From assembly GCF_009914755.1 (NCBI RefSeq), contig NC_060934.1: DNA of 64,000 nucleotides. One strand, given 5' to 3'. Positions 61,161-64,000 of this stretch are shown piece after piece. Under the pieces are notes generated by a model. The model was not told where the DNA came from, made no database searches, and saw only the letters and a list, made by a program, of their open reading frames with translations. Each line of letters opens with the position of its first letter. Position 1 is the first letter of the stretch. The DNA comes from the human T2T-CHM13v2.0 reference genome, Homo sapiens. The translations under genes and the position numbers were made by a program.

Positions 61161-62899
61161 CTTATTATTTTTATTTACTATATTATATGACATACTTTTT
61201 CTTTATGATCTTCAGGGGAATTTCTACTCATCTTAAAAACATATATAGATATTGATCTGCGGAGAAATATATCTCTGTTATTTCAAGGTCTGTGGATTAC
61301 ATAATGGTCAACTCTGATTGATTTACTGATTGATTCAAAAAATTTTAAAGCAAAACTAAAAATATTGCAGCTATGTTGGTTTTAACCATTCTAAACTCTG
61401 ATGAAATTTGCTTTCTGTTTGGTTTGTGACTAGGAAGCTAAACATTATTTATTAGTAATGAAAATTTCTGGTGTCTAAAAAAATTCAAGAGGAAAACCAT
61501 TAGATTCTATTACAATTAAATCTGTTAAGATTTAATTGCAAATATGTAGATAGTGCAAATATGTCTTAGGGTACAATTTTTGTTCTCATTAAGTTACCCA
61601 TTTTACATTTTGAGAACACTAACAGATGAAATACTTGTCAAAGAGAAGATCTAAGATGGTTTAAAGAAAATATTAAATGAAATCAAACTTACTTGTCAAG
61701 CTCCATAGCACAACTTACAAGTCATAAATCGCACTCTGTATGACAGCTACGGGAGGGATCTGGGTAGTAAAACAAAATGATGGATTTTATCTTTCCTGTT
61801 TTTGAGTTATTAAGAACTAGTTGAACTATAGAATGACGTGAAAGACTCACATCAGGGATGGGAGGTTATTTGCAGAAACTCTTATTTTCTTTATCACATT
61901 AATGTCAATATTTGACATTTCCATACGACTAATTATTGAACTAATTTTTGATTTCTTATGCCAACTGTTAATAATCCTCTTTTCATCCAGAAAACAATCA
62001 CTTTTTGTCTATCTGTAAATTGACATTTGTTATGTTAATTTGTTTTTGCTTATTACAAGGATTATCTTTTATTTACAACAAAGCATTCACAGATTGCCGT
62101 GACAGATTTGTCTTCAATCAAATCTCATAAACATTAATTGAATTATTGAAAGGAATTTGTAAATTATTGTGTTTTTTCTAAAATAGTAACATCAGCGTGT
62201 ATATTACGTTAATTTTGTTTACAGTTTTTTGCTTCACATTAACTATATTTAACTGATTTTAACAGCCTTAGATAACTCCAAAACATCAATTACTTTACTT
62301 GGATTTATTAATTCATTCAAAAAATATATATATAATGAGAATCTATTATTTGCCAGGCACTGGGCTAGGCAAAGGTAAGAGTGAATGGCAAAATCATGTT
62401 CTCCCTGTTTTCCTGTAATATATTGTCTGGCTAAAGGCTGTGAAGGAAGAGTAATGTGAAGGAAGAGTATTCGAAGGATATAAGAAAAGGGATCACACAA
62501 TTAACTGTATGTAGGCTGTTCTTAGGGAAGATTTCTTCTAGAGGTGGTACTTGGCCTTCAGTCAGAAGCATGATTTGATATTTGATGTTAACCAGGTAAT
62601 TGAGGGGATAAGGTGCTTTCTCAGCAGAAAAGACATAGTAGGCAAAGTCTTTAAGTTAAAAGCATAGTGAAAGCTCAAAACTAAAAGGAGGCTTGGGTGT
62701 CTGGACTCCAGAGACAGGAAGAGAGTTTATAGAGTCTAGCAGAGATAGCAGAGAAGACTTTATCTTTTTTTTTTCTTTTTTTTTTTTTCTGTAGCAAACA
62801 TCTTTCCTGTGAAAAATTCCCTCTCCTAGTACTTTAGTTCTGTGGATCCAAAATTTATAGCATTCTTCTACCACCACAGGGGTGAGTATATAATAAAAA

Positions 62900-63545
62900 A
62901 TGTCAGTTATTCGAGTATGTAAGAAACTTGAAAGTCATCACTCCCATCCTTACAACAAGAAAAATGCTGTACAGACTATCAACAACTCATTTTAGATCCA
63001 TTAGAGGACTGAGGTCACAGAAAAACTGCTGCCCCCACCCTAAATCCCCACTAAATTAGAGAGATGGGAAAATGCAAAGAATTATAGCCTAGTGGAGCAA
63101 AGGCCCAGGAGCCCCCACAGGAGTTAGTAATGGAGTAGAAAACTTTAATATGTAGTTGATTAATTTCTGGAAGCGCATTGTGGACAAGCTTGAGAGTTAA
63201 CTTTGAAAAATATATAACATGATAATACTAATTAAAAGAAAGCTGGATTAATATATTAATTTCCAACAAAAAGACTTCAGAGAAAGAACAATTATAGGGG
63301 GATACAAAGGGGTATTACATAGTAACAAAGGATTTAATTTTCCAAGAAAACGTAACAATCCTTAATGTGTTTGCATGTAACAGGCTGTCAAAACACATGA
63401 GGTGAAAACAGATAGAACTGCAGGAACAGACAGATAAATCCACTATGATACTTGGAGGTGTTAACACCTCTCTATCAATAATGAATAGAACCAGCAGGTG
63501 GAAAATCAGTAAGGGCATAGTTCAACTGAATAGCACCAAAATCAG
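62900..63545 (+). mobile_element. Ancient L1M fragments (5' region and ORF2 endonuclease region)
   Basis: aacttgaaagtcatcactcccatccttacaacaagaaaa; gacagataaatccactatgatacttggagg...acctctctatcaata. Confidence 0.7.
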
Positions 63546-64000
63546 TGAGTCCCAGTCTCTCTTCCTGGAAGTTGATTCTTTAGCAGGGACGTCAGGAGTA
63601 GAGTGATGTCCAGGCCATATTTAATAACAAATAAATCAGAGTCTGGACATGATATGTAGGCATTCGTTTCTTTAAAAAAAAATTGTCCCAGGTGATTCCA
63701 TTGTGAATCTAATGTTGAGAAGAAATATGCGCAGTGGTTTTCTTTGAATTCATTCTGCCTGAGATATCTAGAGTTGTTTTGGTTGTTGACATTGTTTTGT
63801 TTAGCAATTCATTCATTCAATTTTGTGAATTAACTTTCAAGAAATGCCTTTTCCTTGTTATAAAATTATTTTGTTTTATGTTATTATAATTTTTAAATTG
63901 TGATAAAAGTTGCTATCTCAATGTTGGTCAAAGGAAACAAAATTTCAGTTGACAGGAGAAATAAGTTTCAGAGATCTATTGTACATTATATAATAGCTCT

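Overview
This is eukaryotic, primate (human-like) genomic DNA. The only intact protein-coding gene is SFTPA1 (pulmonary surfactant protein A1, + strand): TATA at 4080, non-coding exons A/B/C, four coding exons (4995-5166, 5481-5600, 6355-6432, 6903-7279; 248 aa) and poly(A) signals near 8.6 kb. SFTPA1 lies on human 10q22.3 (established knowledge). A decayed ERV1 gag-pro remnant lies upstream. The remaining ~55 kb is mostly interspersed repeats (nested L1s, Alus, MaLR/ERVL/ERV1 LTRs, Tigger/MER5, MIR, L2) plus a 1.15 kb AT-rich VNTR. No prokaryotic-type system, CRISPR array or RNA gene is supported. The most interesting unexplained signals are: (1) a chain of phase-compatible, AG/GT-bounded decayed exons of an unidentified gene at 54-62 kb; (2) a probable decayed collectin (SP-A-like) remnant on the minus strand at 21-23 kb; (3) several local inverted or templated duplications, including a ~1.4 kb MLT2 fold-back with a 98%-identical block and a 205 bp inverted MER57 copy inside a TA repeat; (4) two twin-primed inverted L1 insertions with TSDs. 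Repeat subfamily names come from recalled consensus sequences and their boundaries are approximate.
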